NCBI GenBank assembly: GCA_964016885.1
Contig: OZ024740.1
Coordinates: forward strand, 146,444,001-146,508,000
From: Eledone cirrhosa
Lineage: Eukaryota
DNA length: 64,000 nucleotides
Direction of reading: 5' to 3'
The notes under the pieces were generated by a model. The model searched no databases. It had not been told where the DNA came from and saw only the letters and a list, made by a program, of their open reading frames with translations. The position numbers were made by a program, and so were the translations under genes. Positions 62,535-64,000 of the stretch are shown here, in pieces. Each line of letters begins with the position of its first letter. The first letter of the stretch is position 1.

Positions 62535-64000
62535 TTCAAATGTGAAAGAGTTCCAAAAGAGACGAAAAAGTAAGAAATATATCCACTGACCACTTATAAA
62601 TCATCCAACCATCTCAAGCAGGTGACAAAAAGGCAGTACTTGAATTTGAGCAACGCATAGCAACCAGCCCTGACAGTAAGGTGTTCTGGAAGTATGTTCA
62701 CTCAAAGCAGAGGCTTCACTCTCCAGTTGGTCCTCTTCGCAATCCCCACACAAGCCAGGTTACTGACGACCCCAAGGAATGCGCAGAACTCATTGCTGAA
62801 TGCTATGCAGGCATTTTCATCGTTGAAGACCAGAGTGTACCATCTCCACCACCTCTGACATCGGATTCTATTACAACTATGGAATTTACACCTACAATGC
62901 TGCGACGTAATCTTAAAAATAAACGCAACCATGCCTCTCCTGGTCTTGATGGTGTAACGTACCTGCTTCTCAAAGGTGGTGGGTACTTCCTCTTGCACCA
63001 GCTATCACGCTTCTTCCAATTCTGTTTGAACAACGGTGCTACTCCAGAACAGTGGAAAACTGTCAGTGTCATTCCTCTCTTCAAAAAGGGTGACTGCACA
63101 TCCTCTGTGAACTATCATTCAGTCAGTCTTACTAGCTGCACTGCCAAACTGATGGAATCCTGTGTCAGAGAAACACTTTAGAACTCTCACAGTCTTATCT
63201 GGCCCTCGCAATTTGGATTTATCCCTAACTCCAGCTGCTGTGATCAACTTATCGAGTTTCTTGAAGACATCACCCGGATCACTGATGGCGGCTCATGGGT
63301 GGATGTTGTTTTCCTTGACTTTGCTAAAGCTTTCAATTCTGTGCCACACAAAAGACTTATGGCAAAACTCTTTGCAATGGGTGTGAAGGATGATCTTTTT
63401 AACTGGTTGAAGTCTCTCATTCTCAGTCGAAGAGAGGTAGTCACGGTTCTAGGACACCATTCCTCACCGTATGAGATGCCATCTGGTTAATCACAGGGAT
63501 CTGTTCTTGGCCCCCTTTTGTTTGTGGCATATATTAATGACATAGATGCCAACTTAAAGAATGCCACAGTACTGAAATATGCAGATGACATCAAGCTGTA
63601 CCTTGAGATAAAAAGGACAGATCCTGAACACTATAGATCTTGCCTGCAATCTGACCTGGACACAATGCAACAATGGATCACAAACTGGCAACTCAAGGTA
63701 GCTGTGGACAAGTGTACCACCATGCATTTTGGGAATAAAAACCCAGCGTCCACATACTCCCCCCACAACACTAATATCAAGAAGTTTTCTTGTGAACGTG
63801 ACTTGTCAGCAGCGATTTGCGTTGGACGAAGCACGTCTCTAAAATTGTCAAGAAGACCGAGGTGTCTTAGCATCACTCAGCAAGACCTTTGTCAGCCGCT
63901 CTCCAGCTATCTATTTAATGCTGTATATAGCTATGGTGCAGCTACACTTAGAATTTTCCTCACCAGTCTGGAACCCCTATCTTGCCTAGAACATTGACCG
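62535..64000 (+). mobile_element. CR1-like LINE ORF2 fragment (frameshifted), runs off the window
   Basis: FWKYV, SPGLDG, WKTVSVIPLFKKGD, DVVFLDFAKAFNSVPH, YADD. Inverted relative to the similar 39113-40516 copy. Confidence 0.9.

Overview
AT-rich, microsatellite- and transposon-rich animal genomic DNA, most likely octopus (inferred from the SINE/RTE/Penelope repeat complement and (TA)n/(CA)n density; the species cannot be fixed from sequence). Positions 180-18781 hold the last seven coding exons (398 aa, the whole deaminase domain) of an ADAR1-type A-to-I RNA-editing enzyme on the + strand; the splice phases join into one open frame. About 19 kb of strikingly TE-poor sequence follows and may be a very long 3' UTR. 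From ~38.4 kb on is a nested transposon field: CR1-like and RTE LINEs (the RTEs carry a PHD finger inside the RT), tRNA-derived SINEs, MITEs, a Helitron, a full-length CsRn1-like Gypsy element with 462-bp LTRs, and a Penelope-like cluster. Most notable non-coding signal: six minimal hammerhead ribozyme motifs from three sequence families, one sense-oriented in the ADAR1 intron just before the catalytic HAE exon. The full-length termini carry a shared GAGTRCT motif downstream and end in (TA)n.
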